A DNA stretch of 64,000 bases from Novosphingobium sp. (GTDB taxonomy: Bacteria; Pseudomonadota; Alphaproteobacteria; Sphingomonadales; Sphingomonadaceae): assembly GCA_041639635.1 (NCBI GenBank), contig JBEQBV010000001.1, forward strand, positions 2,561 through 66,560. Direction: 5' to 3'. Within the stretch, counting starts at the first letter, position 1. The number at the start of each line of letters is the position of its first letter. Below the pieces are notes generated by a model. The model saw only the letters and a program-made list of their open reading frames with translations, was not told where the DNA came from and ran no database searches. Of the stretch, positions 31,661-40,525 are shown one piece after another. The translations under genes were made by a program, and so were the position numbers.

Positions 31661-32542
31661 ATGCCGCCACGCTCATGGCTCTTCGTTCCCGGGGACAGTG
31701 AAAAGAAGCTGGGGAAAGCCATCAGTACCGGCGCGCATGCGGTGATTGTCGATCTGGAAGATGCGGTGGCGCTGGCAGCCAAACCGCAGGCGCGCATTCT
31801 GGCGCGTGACTGGCTGGCCGCACACCGCCAAAACTTGACCGAAAGCAGGCCCGTTGCGCGCTGGGTGCGGATCAACGCTTTTGACACCGGGATGTGGCAG
31901 GACGATCTGGCCGCAGTGATGGCCGGTGCGCCTGATGGCGTGATGCTGCCCAAGTGCGAAGGCCCTGAACAGCTGCGCCAGCTTGCCGCCGAAATCTATG
32001 AACTGGAACAGCGCCACCGCATCGCCAACGGATCAACCCGCGTCCTGCCGCTGGTGAGCGAAACGGCGCGATCTGCGCTGACGATCCCGGCCTATGCCGA
32101 TGCGCCGATGCCGCGTCTGGCGGGGTTGACCTGGGGCGCCGAAGATCTTTCAGCCGTGCTGGGCGCCACCCGCAAGCGCGATGCCGATGGCGCCTGGACC
32201 GATGCGTTCCGCTTTATCCGCGCTCAATGCCTGCTGGTGGCCCACGCCTGCGATGTCTGGGCCATCGACACGCTGAACGATGATTTCCGCAACGAAGCCG
32301 CGACCAAGCGGGCTGCCGAGGCGGCGCGGGCAGACGGCTTTGCCGGAATGCTGGCGATCCACCCCTCGCAAGTTCCGGTCATAAACACAGCCTTTGCCCC
32401 TACTGAGGCGGAACTGGCCGAAGCGCAGGCGATCGTCGCCTTGTTCGCGGAAAATCCTGATGCCGGAACGCTGCAGTACAATGGCAGGATGATCGACCAG
32501 CCGCACTTGCGGATGGCACGGCAATTACTCGCTTCTGACTGA
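31661..32542 (+). CDS. HpcH/HpaI aldolase - citrate lyase beta subunit (CitE)-like lyase
   Basis: …SWLFVPGDSEKKL…AVIVDLEDAV…. Confidence 0.85.
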   Translation: MPPRSWLFVPGDSEKKLGKAISTGAHAVIVDLEDAVALAAKPQARILARDWLAAHRQNLTESRPVARWVRINAFDTGMWQDDLAAVMAGAPDGVMLPKCEGPEQLRQLAAEIYELEQRHRIANGSTRVLPLVSETARSALTIPAYADAPMPRLAGLTWGAEDLSAVLGATRKRDADGAWTDAFRFIRAQCLLVAHACDVWAIDTLNDDFRNEAATKRAAEAARADGFAGMLAIHPSQVPVINTAFAPTEAELAEAQAIVALFAENPDAGTLQYNGRMIDQPHLRMARQLLASD

Positions 32543-32809
32543 GGCCTCGGCGGGAGCTCCTGCAGCGGCAGCCGGCTCCTGCTCGGTTGCTGGCGAACTG
32601 GCATCAGGCGCAGCCTTGGCCCCCGCTTTCGGCTTGACCGGTGCGAGCGGCGGTGCGGCGGTAGACGTATCCAGATCGATCATCGCGTCCGAAATCGATC
32701 CCGGCAACACCTCGGCACTTTGGGCCGATGCGCCCTTTTCCTCCGCTTGTTGGTTGCACGCAGCCAGCAGCATGCACAGCGCAAGCGTCAAGGGGCGGTG
32801 ATGTTTCAT
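32525..32809 (-). CDS. hypothetical lipoprotein
   Basis: [18 protein letters not shown] lipobox followed by a low-complexity Ala/Pro-rich tail. Its ATG overlaps the lipB stop (ATGA). Its 3' end overlaps the convergent citE-like gene by 18 nt. Confidence 0.5.
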   Translation of the reverse strand: MKHHRPLTLALCMLLAACNQQAEEKGASAQSAEVLPGSISDAMIDLDTSTAAPPLAPVKPKAGAKAAPDASSPATEQEPAAAAGAPAEASVRSE

Positions 32810-33480
32810 GCAGACTCCGGTGGGCAAGGCGTATCGAGCTTGGCAAGGAACTGATCGAGATGGGCAAGCAATGCCTCGTCCCAGACATCCGGTGAAACGG
32901 TGCGACCCAACGCTGCCAGGCTGGTAACGCCGAATTCATCGATCCCGCAAGGCACGATGCCGCCAAAGTGCGCAAGGTTGGGCGACAGGTTCACCGAAAA
33001 GCCATGCATCGTAACCCAGCGCCGGATGCGCACGCCGATTGCGCCAATCTTGGCCTCGCGCCCGTCCGCGCCATGGGTCCAGATGCCGACACGCCCCTCG
33101 GCCCGCCACGATTCCACGCCGAAATCTGCCAGCGTGTCGATCACCCAGCCTTCCAAAGCATGAACAAACCCGCGCACATCGCGCGCCCGCTTGCGCAGAT
33201 CGAGCAAGACATAGCCGATGCGCTGGCCGGGGCCATGATAGGTATAGCGCCCGCCGCGCCCGGCCTCGACCACTTCAAAGCGCGGATCGAGCAGTTCTTC
33301 GGGCGCAGCACTGGTTCCGGCGGTGTAGACCGGGGGGTGTTCGAGCAGCCAGATCATATCCTGCGCCGTGCCATCAGCAATCGCAGCATTGCGCTGGGCC
33401 ATGGCATCAAGCGCGGTGCGATAGGGCACTTGCGCGGATTCGCGGCGGATTTCGATGGATGGGTGACCGGACATGGTCAC
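32806..33480 (-). CDS. lipB: lipoyl(octanoyl) transferase
   Basis: …[21 protein letters not shown]… and …[21 protein letters not shown]…. Confidence 0.92.
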   Translation of the reverse strand: MTMSGHPSIEIRRESAQVPYRTALDAMAQRNAAIADGTAQDMIWLLEHPPVYTAGTSAAPEELLDPRFEVVEAGRGGRYTYHGPGQRIGYVLLDLRKRARDVRGFVHALEGWVIDTLADFGVESWRAEGRVGIWTHGADGREAKIGAIGVRIRRWVTMHGFSVNLSPNLAHFGGIVPCGIDEFGVTSLAALGRTVSPDVWDEALLAHLDQFLAKLDTPCPPESA

Positions 33481-33592
33481 GGCATGGCGCAGACGCCGGA
33501 TTGCATCAAGAGGAAGCAGGCGGGACCGCGCATTGCAATCACGCGCAACGCGGCGTTCGACACAACCGGGTTTGCGCTGCTAGAGACGCCGC

Positions 33593-34414
33593 ATGACCCC
33601 TCGCCTTGATAGCAGCCTTGCCTGGAAGACCGCCACGCGCCTTGTCGCCGCAAACCGCGATGTGCTGATCGCGATTGCCGGGGTGTTTTTCCTGTTCCCC
33701 AGCCTTGCCTTTTCGGTCTTTGTGCCCGAACCGCATATGGCACCGGGCACCCCTCCGCGCGAAATGATGGAAATCATTGCCGATGCCTGGACTGAATCCC
33801 TGCCGCTGCTGATCATTGTCACACTGCTGCAGATGGCAGGCACGGTTTCAATGCTGATCGTGATGACCGACCGGCAATTGCCGACGGTTGGCCAGGCTAT
33901 CCGGCGCGGCTTCGTGGCGCTCGGCCCTTATGTTCTGGCCCAGGTCATCGTCGGAGCCGTGCTGGGCACAGGGTTTCTGGTGCTGGTCAGCGCAGCTGCG
34001 TTGACCGGGCAACAAGCCATTGCCGCCATCGCCATCATCGGCGCGTTCATCGCCATGATCTGGTGCAGCGTGCGTCTGGCGCTGGTCGCGCCGGTGCTGG
34101 CAATCGAGACAGAACGCAATCCCGTGCAGGCGCTGAAACGGTCTTGGGCATTGACCAGCGGCAATTCGGGACGGCTCCTGACCTTCTTCGTGCTGGCCGG
34201 GCTGCTCTTTGCCGTGATCTATGGTCTGGCGATGATGCTGATCGGCGTGGTGCTCGTGCTAACCACCGGCGGCACGGTGCAACAGGTGCTGACAGCTGCG
34301 GTTTCCAGCTCGCTCACGGCAGGAGCGCTGGTCTATTTCGTGGCGATGCTGGCGGCAGTCTATCGCCAGCTTGCCGGCGATGGCGTGGACGAAGTTATCG
34401 ATATCTTCGGTTGA
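33593..34414 (+). CDS. hypothetical multi-pass membrane protein
   Basis: Six or more hydrophobic segments. I am not confident of a family. Confidence 0.6.
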   Translation: MTPRLDSSLAWKTATRLVAANRDVLIAIAGVFFLFPSLAFSVFVPEPHMAPGTPPREMMEIIADAWTESLPLLIIVTLLQMAGTVSMLIVMTDRQLPTVGQAIRRGFVALGPYVLAQVIVGAVLGTGFLVLVSAAALTGQQAIAAIAIIGAFIAMIWCSVRLALVAPVLAIETERNPVQALKRSWALTSGNSGRLLTFFVLAGLLFAVIYGLAMMLIGVVLVLTTGGTVQQVLTAAVSSSLTAGALVYFVAMLAAVYRQLAGDGVDEVIDIFG

Positions 34415-34438
34415 ACTGCGGGGCGGCCGATGGCCGCC

Positions 34439-35065
34439 TTATTCTTTCCAGCCCCAGCTAATCACGCAAGGCGGCACGTTGACAGGTTCGAAGCCCTTGT
34501 CGATGCGGCGGAAGAACTGGCCCATCAGATCGCGTGCCCGCGCCGTGTACTGATAGACGAGGAACGCACCGCCCGGACGCAGCACGTTGTGCGTGGCTCC
34601 CATGATTGCCGGACCTACCCCTTCGGGCAGGTTCGAGAACGGCAGGCCCGAAAGCACGTAATCGGCATGTTCAAAGCCATTGGCGCGCACGATTTCCTGC
34701 ACATCGGTGGCGGAACCGTGGACCGCGATGAAGCGGCTGTCGCCAATGGTTTTCTGCAGATAATCGATGAAATCGGGATTGGTATCGATCACGATCAGCC
34801 GCCCATCACGGCGCAGCTTGTCCAGCACCGGACGGCAGAATGTGCCTACGCCGGGGCCATATTCGACAAACAGACGGCAATCTTCCCAATCCACTACCGA
34901 CAAAACCCGCTCGATCGTGCGATTTGACGACGGAACAATGGCCCCCACCATGCCAGGATGCTTGAGGAAGCCCTTGAAGAAGATACCGGCAGGGCCAAGC
35001 AAGCGTTCTGCCTTGCGTTTTGCCCGTTGAATCAAGGGCTCACGCGCAACTTGGGTTGAAGTCAT
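34439..35065 (-). CDS. class I SAM-dependent methyltransferase, Rhodobacter-type phospholipid N-methyltransferase (PmtA)-like
   Basis: …FLKHPGMVGAIVPSSNRTIERVL…VEYGPGVGTFCRPVL… (SAM motif I). Its size (208 aa) and layout fit the COG3963 family as I remember it. Confidence 0.65.
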   Translation of the reverse strand: MTSTQVAREPLIQRAKRKAERLLGPAGIFFKGFLKHPGMVGAIVPSSNRTIERVLSVVDWEDCRLFVEYGPGVGTFCRPVLDKLRRDGRLIVIDTNPDFIDYLQKTIGDSRFIAVHGSATDVQEIVRANGFEHADYVLSGLPFSNLPEGVGPAIMGATHNVLRPGGAFLVYQYTARARDLMGQFFRRIDKGFEPVNVPPCVISWGWKE

Positions 35066-35196
35066 TGCAGGAAGATATCCTCTGCCGGTCAGATCAGCTC
35101 ATGCGAGTCGCAAATTTGTTACTGCATTGCAAGCACGGAGCGCCGCGCCTAACCGTCCAGAATGATCCAGCGGCAAACAAGCAGGCAGGAATAACC

Positions 35197-36489
35197 ATGA
35201 CCGAAGGCGCGATTCGGCTGCCAAGAGAACGCATGGCGCTGCTGTTTGCGGTGATGCTGGTAACGGCAGCCGGCAATACCGCGATGCAATCGGTCATGCC
35301 ATCAATCGGCACGCGGCTTGGCATTGCCGACGTATGGGTGAGCCTTGCCTATTCGTGGTCTGCCTTGCTGTGGGTTCTGCTGGCACCATTCTGGGCGCGT
35401 CGGTCTGATCGCCGGGGACGCAAGGCGATGATGGCGCTCGGCGTGATCGGGTTCATCCTGTCCTTCACGCTGTGCGGGGCCATTCTGCATTTCGGCCTCA
35501 ATGGCTGGATGAGCGGCGTTTTGACGATGAGCCTGTTTGCACTGGCGCGTTCGTTCTACGGCCTGCTCGGCTCCGCTGCGCCGCCTGCAGTGCAGGCCTA
35601 CGTCGCCAGCCGGACGGGCCGTTCGGAACGGACGAAGGCGCTGGCGCTGGTCGCATCGAGCTTCGGCCTTGGCACCGTGCTTGGCCCTGCGCTGGCTCCA
35701 TTGATGATCCTGCCCGGCATCGGGCTGGTCGGCCCGTTTGCCGTGTTCGGCCTCATGGGCGTGATCGTGCTGATACTGTTGCGCACGCGCCTGCCCAACG
35801 ACGATCCGCGCTTTGCCGGCAAAGGCGAGGTGATGGCCGATCCATATGGCGGATCGTCCAGTGCGCAAATTCTGGCCGATGATGCACCGGACCAAGCCGA
35901 CGAGGCACCGCGGTTGCGGCTTTCCGACAAGCGATTGCGCCCATGGTTGTTGGCCGGACTGATCGGCGGACATGCGCAGGCGATGGTGCTGGGCGTGATC
36001 GGGTTCCTGCTGCTTGACCGGTTGGGACTGCGCGGCGATCCCGATGCGGGAGCTGGCCCCGTTGGTCTGGTGCTGATGGCAGGGGCGGTGGCCACCTTGC
36101 TGGCGCAATGGGGCCTGATCCCGATGCTGGCAATGGGGCCGCGCACGTCCACGCTCTGGGGCATGGGCCTTGCCGCCTTTGGCGTGCTGCCGATTGCGGC
36201 AGGCAGCGATCTGCACACCATCGCGGTGGGCTTTGCGGTCGCCTCGCTCGGCTTCGGGATGTTCCGCCCGGGCTTTACTTCCGGTGCCAGTCTGGCCGTG
36301 AGCAGGGGAGAACAGGGACAGGCAGCAGGCGTGGTCACTTCGATCAACGGCGCGGCCTACATTGCCGCCCCTGCCATCGGCGTCTGGCTCTATGGCCACT
36401 CCCCATGGCTGGTGTGGGGCGTGATCGAGGCGCTGGCGCTTACCGTGGTGGTGCTGTGCGTCTTCGCGGTGCGCAGGGATTTGGCCTAA
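35197..36489 (+). CDS. MFS transporter
   Basis: Twelve hydrophobic segments and MFS motif A (WARRSDRRGRKAMM). Confidence 0.85.
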   Translation: MTEGAIRLPRERMALLFAVMLVTAAGNTAMQSVMPSIGTRLGIADVWVSLAYSWSALLWVLLAPFWARRSDRRGRKAMMALGVIGFILSFTLCGAILHFGLNGWMSGVLTMSLFALARSFYGLLGSAAPPAVQAYVASRTGRSERTKALALVASSFGLGTVLGPALAPLMILPGIGLVGPFAVFGLMGVIVLILLRTRLPNDDPRFAGKGEVMADPYGGSSSAQILADDAPDQADEAPRLRLSDKRLRPWLLAGLIGGHAQAMVLGVIGFLLLDRLGLRGDPDAGAGPVGLVLMAGAVATLLAQWGLIPMLAMGPRTSTLWGMGLAAFGVLPIAAGSDLHTIAVGFAVASLGFGMFRPGFTSGASLAVSRGEQGQAAGVVTSINGAAYIAAPAIGVWLYGHSPWLVWGVIEALALTVVVLCVFAVRRDLA

Positions 36490-36492
36490 GCG

Positions 36493-37461
36493 TCAACTGA
36501 ACGCCGGCGAACCCGGAGGAGGTGGGCCATCCAGCCGCGAGGCCGTGGCCATGGCCGCGCGGTTGTGCAGCTGGACCGAGATGATCAGCAGCACGTTCAG
36601 CACCACGGCCTGATAGAAGAAGTACCAAACCGGGCTGCCCGCCAGCATCGCGAGGCCAAGCACGATGGCGCGTGGATTGGGGCCGAGAAACTTGAGAAAA
36701 TCAAGCAACGGCTTCTGTTCACGCGCCACTTCGGCACGAATCGCGGCCAACCGGGCATCGTCCTTTGATGCCATCGCCGCGCCCACGGCAGCATCGATCT
36801 GCCGGGCGTGAGGCGTCATCCCGGCGGCAAGGCGCAAATAGGCGCGCGCAATCGGTTCAAACAGCCGTGCAAATAGCCCGCCCGATCCGAACAAGCCCGC
36901 ACCATTGTCCTTCGCGTTGTTCAGCCAAGGCACGCCATAGGTCCAGTACTGGTAGAAGCGGCGCTGCACTTCGACATGGTTTGACTGGACGATGTGGCTC
37001 GCCCCTGCCGCCAGAGTCCAGGCCCATGCTGCGCCTGCGCCGATCTGCCGCGTCAGCACGAATGCCAGCAGCACATAGACCACGATGTGGCTGACATAAT
37101 CGCAAATGCCGTCCACCATTTCGCCAATCGGGCTGGTCTTCCCGGTAATCCGCGCCAGATCGCCATCGGCCCCGTCAACCACGTGCCAGCTCATGTGCAG
37201 GACGAGGCCCAGCAACGCCCCCCACGGCCAGCCCAGCGCCCATGTGCCGCCGGTTGAATCCATGTTGAAATACACAATGCCTGCCGCCACCACGAGCATG
37301 CCGCCAAAGACCGAAACCATGTTCGGCGTCAGCGGCGTATGTGCCAGCGCCCGCGCCAGACGCCATGCCAGCGGATGGTAAAGGTGATAGTTCAGGCCAT
37401 CCTGCAGTTCACGCGGGCGTTTTGGACGTTCGATTGTCCCGACCCGTTTTGCCACGTTCAC
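36493..37461 (-). CDS. CDP-alcohol phosphatidyltransferase family membrane protein (A)
   Basis: The signature D-x2-D-G-x2-A-R-x8-G-x3-D-x3-D is complete: VVDGADGDLARITGKTSPIGEMVDGICDY. GTG 37461 has GAGGGA about 10 nt upstream. The longer tracked ORF (to 38139) overlaps gene B and is Arg/Cys-rich junk. Confidence 0.85.
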   Translation of the reverse strand: MNVAKRVGTIERPKRPRELQDGLNYHLYHPLAWRLARALAHTPLTPNMVSVFGGMLVVAAGIVYFNMDSTGGTWALGWPWGALLGLVLHMSWHVVDGADGDLARITGKTSPIGEMVDGICDYVSHIVVYVLLAFVLTRQIGAGAAWAWTLAAGASHIVQSNHVEVQRRFYQYWTYGVPWLNNAKDNGAGLFGSGGLFARLFEPIARAYLRLAAGMTPHARQIDAAVGAAMASKDDARLAAIRAEVAREQKPLLDFLKFLGPNPRAIVLGLAMLAGSPVWYFFYQAVVLNVLLIISVQLHNRAAMATASRLDGPPPPGSPAFS

Positions 37462-37545
37462 CCTTGCAATCCCTCTTCTGGAAGCCGACTTGGCGCAACC
37501 GGTAGCCGGGTCTATAGGGTGTGGAAAGAGCCTGCGACGCACGGT

Positions 37546-38658
37546 ATGGGGCAAACGCATTTGAGCAATCCGTTTTTCGTCGCAATTCCAGCCAGTTCCT
37601 TTCTTCGTCGCCGCATCGGTGGCATTACCGGAATCGCACGCGGGATCATTCTGGCAGACCTTGTCGGCGCACAAGGCATCTTCATCATCGCAGATCGCCC
37701 GGTCGAGGAAGACTGGCGCAAGAGCTTTGCCCTGCGCGCGCGCGCCTTGCCAGCCGTCACCATCCTGCCACATGGCGCAGACCTCCCACCGGGGACAGCC
37801 CTCCTTCCGAAAGACGCGCTGCCCACCAAGGCCGCGCTGGAAGCCTTGGCCGCCACCCCTGAATTGGTGCTGACGCGCGGTGATCCGCGGCTCGTACGTA
37901 AAGATACAGAAGCAGCAACGGTGATGGCGTTGCTGCGCGCCACGCTTAAGCCGACCGAAGGACCGGTCGGCCGATGGATCAACCGCCCGGTTTCCTTCCG
38001 CATGTCGGCTCTTGCACTGAAACTGGGCATCGGCCCTGATCCGATCACATGGTTCACGCTGCTGCTGGCAGGCGTCATGGCTGTGGTCTTGGCTCAGGGC
38101 GGTTACGGTTGGCTCGCACTGGGCGGATTGCTGTTCCAAATTGTATCGATAACCGATTGCGTTGATGGCGATATCGCCCGCGTGTCATGGTCGATGAGCA
38201 GGCGCGGCGCACTGCTGGATACAGCCTGTGATATGGTGGCAAACCTTGGTTTCGTGATGGGCCTGATGATCGGCGTGGTGGACACCTATGGCTTTGGCTA
38301 CGTCTGGATCGGGCTCGCCTGCATCGTCCTGCTGATCAGCGGCATTGCGGCAATGAGCGTGCTGGTGCGCATGGGACCAAAGCGTGGCAGCTTCGATGTG
38401 CTGCGCGCTGCGCTCACCATCCGGCTTGAGGGCCGACCTGTATTGCAGAAGGTTACGCTAACGGTCGAAAGATTGTTCAAGCGCGATGTCTATGTCTTGC
38501 TTGCATGCTGTCTTTGCCTGTCCGGTCTCGCATGGTTGATCCCCGGAATGTTGCTTGGCGGTCTGTGTTTCTGGCTTGGCGCAGTGGCGTGGTGTGCGCC
38601 GCTGATTGTGGCGGACAGCGAAGGTTTGCTGCTGCCGCCCCACATGCGCCAGCTTTGA
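37546..38658 (+). CDS. CDP-alcohol phosphatidyltransferase family protein (B) with an N-terminal soluble extension of about 150 aa
   Basis: The signature is complete: ITDCVDGDIARVSWSMSRRGALLDTACDMV. The N-terminal region (…FFVAIPASSFLRRRIGGITGIARGIILADLVGAQGIFIIA…) resembles a degenerate nucleotidyltransferase fold. The start is ATG 37546, or GTG 37519. Confidence 0.8.
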   Translation: MGQTHLSNPFFVAIPASSFLRRRIGGITGIARGIILADLVGAQGIFIIADRPVEEDWRKSFALRARALPAVTILPHGADLPPGTALLPKDALPTKAALEALAATPELVLTRGDPRLVRKDTEAATVMALLRATLKPTEGPVGRWINRPVSFRMSALALKLGIGPDPITWFTLLLAGVMAVVLAQGGYGWLALGGLLFQIVSITDCVDGDIARVSWSMSRRGALLDTACDMVANLGFVMGLMIGVVDTYGFGYVWIGLACIVLLISGIAAMSVLVRMGPKRGSFDVLRAALTIRLEGRPVLQKVTLTVERLFKRDVYVLLACCLCLSGLAWLIPGMLLGGLCFWLGAVAWCAPLIVADSEGLLLPPHMRQL

Positions 38659-38788
38659 ACGAAATAGTCAGGCTGCGTTCAAGTACGGTGGCGAAAACAC
38701 TGGCAACCAACGGAGGCCCCTTGCACGATGCCGTTGGTTCCCCCAAATTGGCGCGCAACTGATCCGCAACCGGGAACCGAGAAAACGA

Positions 38789-39538
38789 ATGATTGGCGTT
38801 ATCCTGGCTGCGGGCCGCGGCAGCAGACTTGGCGTTGAGACCGACGCCCTGCCCAAGCCCCTGATCGGCGTTGCCGGAAGAACCTGTCTCGATTTTGCGA
38901 TCGATGCGCTACTGGCAGTGGTTGATCGGATTGTCGTGGTCACTGGCTATCGCGCAGAGCTTATCGAAAATCATATCGCCACTTACTGGCCAGATTCCCC
39001 GGTGCAAACCGTGCGCAACCCACAACTGGAAGCAGGCAATCTGACATCGCTAGGAGCTGCACGCCCGCTGATCGGTTCCGATCCGTTCATCCTGACGAAT
39101 GCGGACCACCTCTTTCCGATCGACATGTATACCCGCCACTTTCCTGTCGTGCCGGAGGGAATCGGCATTGCCTGCGAAAAGGAACGCCCGGTCCTGCCCG
39201 ATGAAATGAAGGTGATCGAACGCGCTGATCGCCTCGTCGCCATTTCAAAGACCCTCCCGAAATACGACGGCGCCTATATCGGCACCACTTGCGTTACGCA
39301 GAGCGCAACCCGTGATTATTGGGATGCCTTTGATCAGGTGAACGCCCACAGCGATCTGGCAATCGCTTCGGTCGAAATGGTCCTCGATGAGCTCGCCCGA
39401 AATGGCGCACAAGGTGACCAGAATGTCGTTTCGACTCAGGTATCCTGCCCAAAGATCTGCTGGTTGTCAGGGCTCGTGTGGTTCGAAGTCGATACGCCCG
39501 AAGACCTTGCCGTAGCACGCGAAAGCCTCGCTGCATGA
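38789..39538 (+). CDS. NTP transferase domain protein (sugar/alcohol-phosphate cytidylyl- or uridylyltransferase-like) (C)
   Basis: MIGVILAAGRGSRLG…LPKPLIGVAGR… (G-x-G-S-R-L loop), ending …WFEVDTPEDLAVARE. Confidence 0.85.
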   Translation: MIGVILAAGRGSRLGVETDALPKPLIGVAGRTCLDFAIDALLAVVDRIVVVTGYRAELIENHIATYWPDSPVQTVRNPQLEAGNLTSLGAARPLIGSDPFILTNADHLFPIDMYTRHFPVVPEGIGIACEKERPVLPDEMKVIERADRLVAISKTLPKYDGAYIGTTCVTQSATRDYWDAFDQVNAHSDLAIASVEMVLDELARNGAQGDQNVVSTQVSCPKICWLSGLVWFEVDTPEDLAVARESLAA

Positions 39539-40242
39539 TCGACCACAGCGCGTCGTTTCGCGCAGGGAAAGAAGCCGAAGCAGAAATCAAGGTTCTGGTG
39601 TTCGATCTGGATGGAACGCTTGTTCCAACCATGGAAGACTATGCCGACAAGGCGGCAGAACTCATGGCTCAAGCCTTCGGAACGCCCCTTGCCGATGCCC
39701 GGCGTGCCTACTTTGCCACCTCGGGCCTGCCGTTCGAAAGGCAATTAAGGCAACTCTATCCGGGTGAGCAGACAGATCCCGTGGCAGAGCGGTTTGAAGC
39801 GTGGAAGGACGGCTACCTTTCGGGAATTACGCTGTCGGCCGCCAATGCGAAGCTTCTTGCAGAATGGCGTTCGCACGGCTTTCTGATCGCAATTTCGTCA
39901 AACAATCTCGAAGTTTACGTCGATCGCCTTGCGAAGGACTGGCCGGTCGACTGCGCGCTTGGCTATCGGCCCGCTGGTCGCGATGACCCCGGCTTTGCCA
40001 AAGGCGAGGCGCATTTTCTGGCGCTGGAAAAGCGGTTTGGCATGGCGCGCAGGCATTTCCTGTTCACCGGAGATTCACCGAACGACGCGCACATCGCGGC
40101 CGCGGCCGGGGTGCGGTTCTGCGCATTGTTGACCGAAGCGTTCACGCAGGACGATTTCGAGAAAGCTGTGCCAGGCACCAAAACCTTGTCAGTCCTTGCA
40201 GAACTTGGTGATGTTTTTGCCACGGTTTCAGCAAACGGATGA
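39535..40242 (+). CDS. HAD-IA family phosphatase (D)
   Basis: HAD motif I VFDLDGTLV, motif II ISSNN and motif IV GDSPNDAHIAAAAG. Its ATG overlaps the stop of gene C (ATGA). Confidence 0.85.
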   Translation: MIDHSASFRAGKEAEAEIKVLVFDLDGTLVPTMEDYADKAAELMAQAFGTPLADARRAYFATSGLPFERQLRQLYPGEQTDPVAERFEAWKDGYLSGITLSAANAKLLAEWRSHGFLIAISSNNLEVYVDRLAKDWPVDCALGYRPAGRDDPGFAKGEAHFLALEKRFGMARRHFLFTGDSPNDAHIAAAAGVRFCALLTEAFTQDDFEKAVPGTKTLSVLAELGDVFATVSANG

Positions 40243-40415
40243 CGCCATGCGGTAGACCCTGCGGAAACGCACTATCGCAAGGGGCATTTTTCGGTTAAGG
40301 GCCGCGTCCCATCGGAAGATGCTGTCTTCTGCGCGCCTGGTCATTGGTGCAGCGCAGAAAGCAGATTGCGGATGAGGGCGCAGGATGCAGGACGTGGCCG
40401 ATAAGCCAGTTCCTT

Positions 40416-40441
40416 GATTCCTCGTGACCAACTGAGGAATC
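40416..40441. promoter_or_regulatory. perfect 8-bp inverted repeat gattcctc-N10-gaggaatc upstream of ino1
   Basis: Read directly from the sequence. Each arm contains a GANTC site, and a third GANTC lies at 40472-40476. The function is unknown. Confidence 0.2.
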
Positions 40442-40525
40442 GGCTTGCATTCGGTAGCATTTCGGTATTTTGAGTCAGTTTGATTACAGCCGCTTTAAAG
40501 CGCCTGTGTGAAGGGATCGTTATTC

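Noticed and set aside
35302-36399. 365-aa minus-strand ORF inside the MFS transporter gene
   Set aside because: It is antisense to a 12-TM MFS gene, and its translation is a highly charged Arg/His/Gln-rich artefact.
37462-38139. 5' extension of ORF 36493..38139 (would give a 548-aa protein)
   Set aside because: The extension overlaps CDP-alcohol transferase gene B on the opposite strand. It is Cys/Arg/Gln-rich with no TM or domain features. The transferase homology begins just after GTG 37461, which has an RBS.
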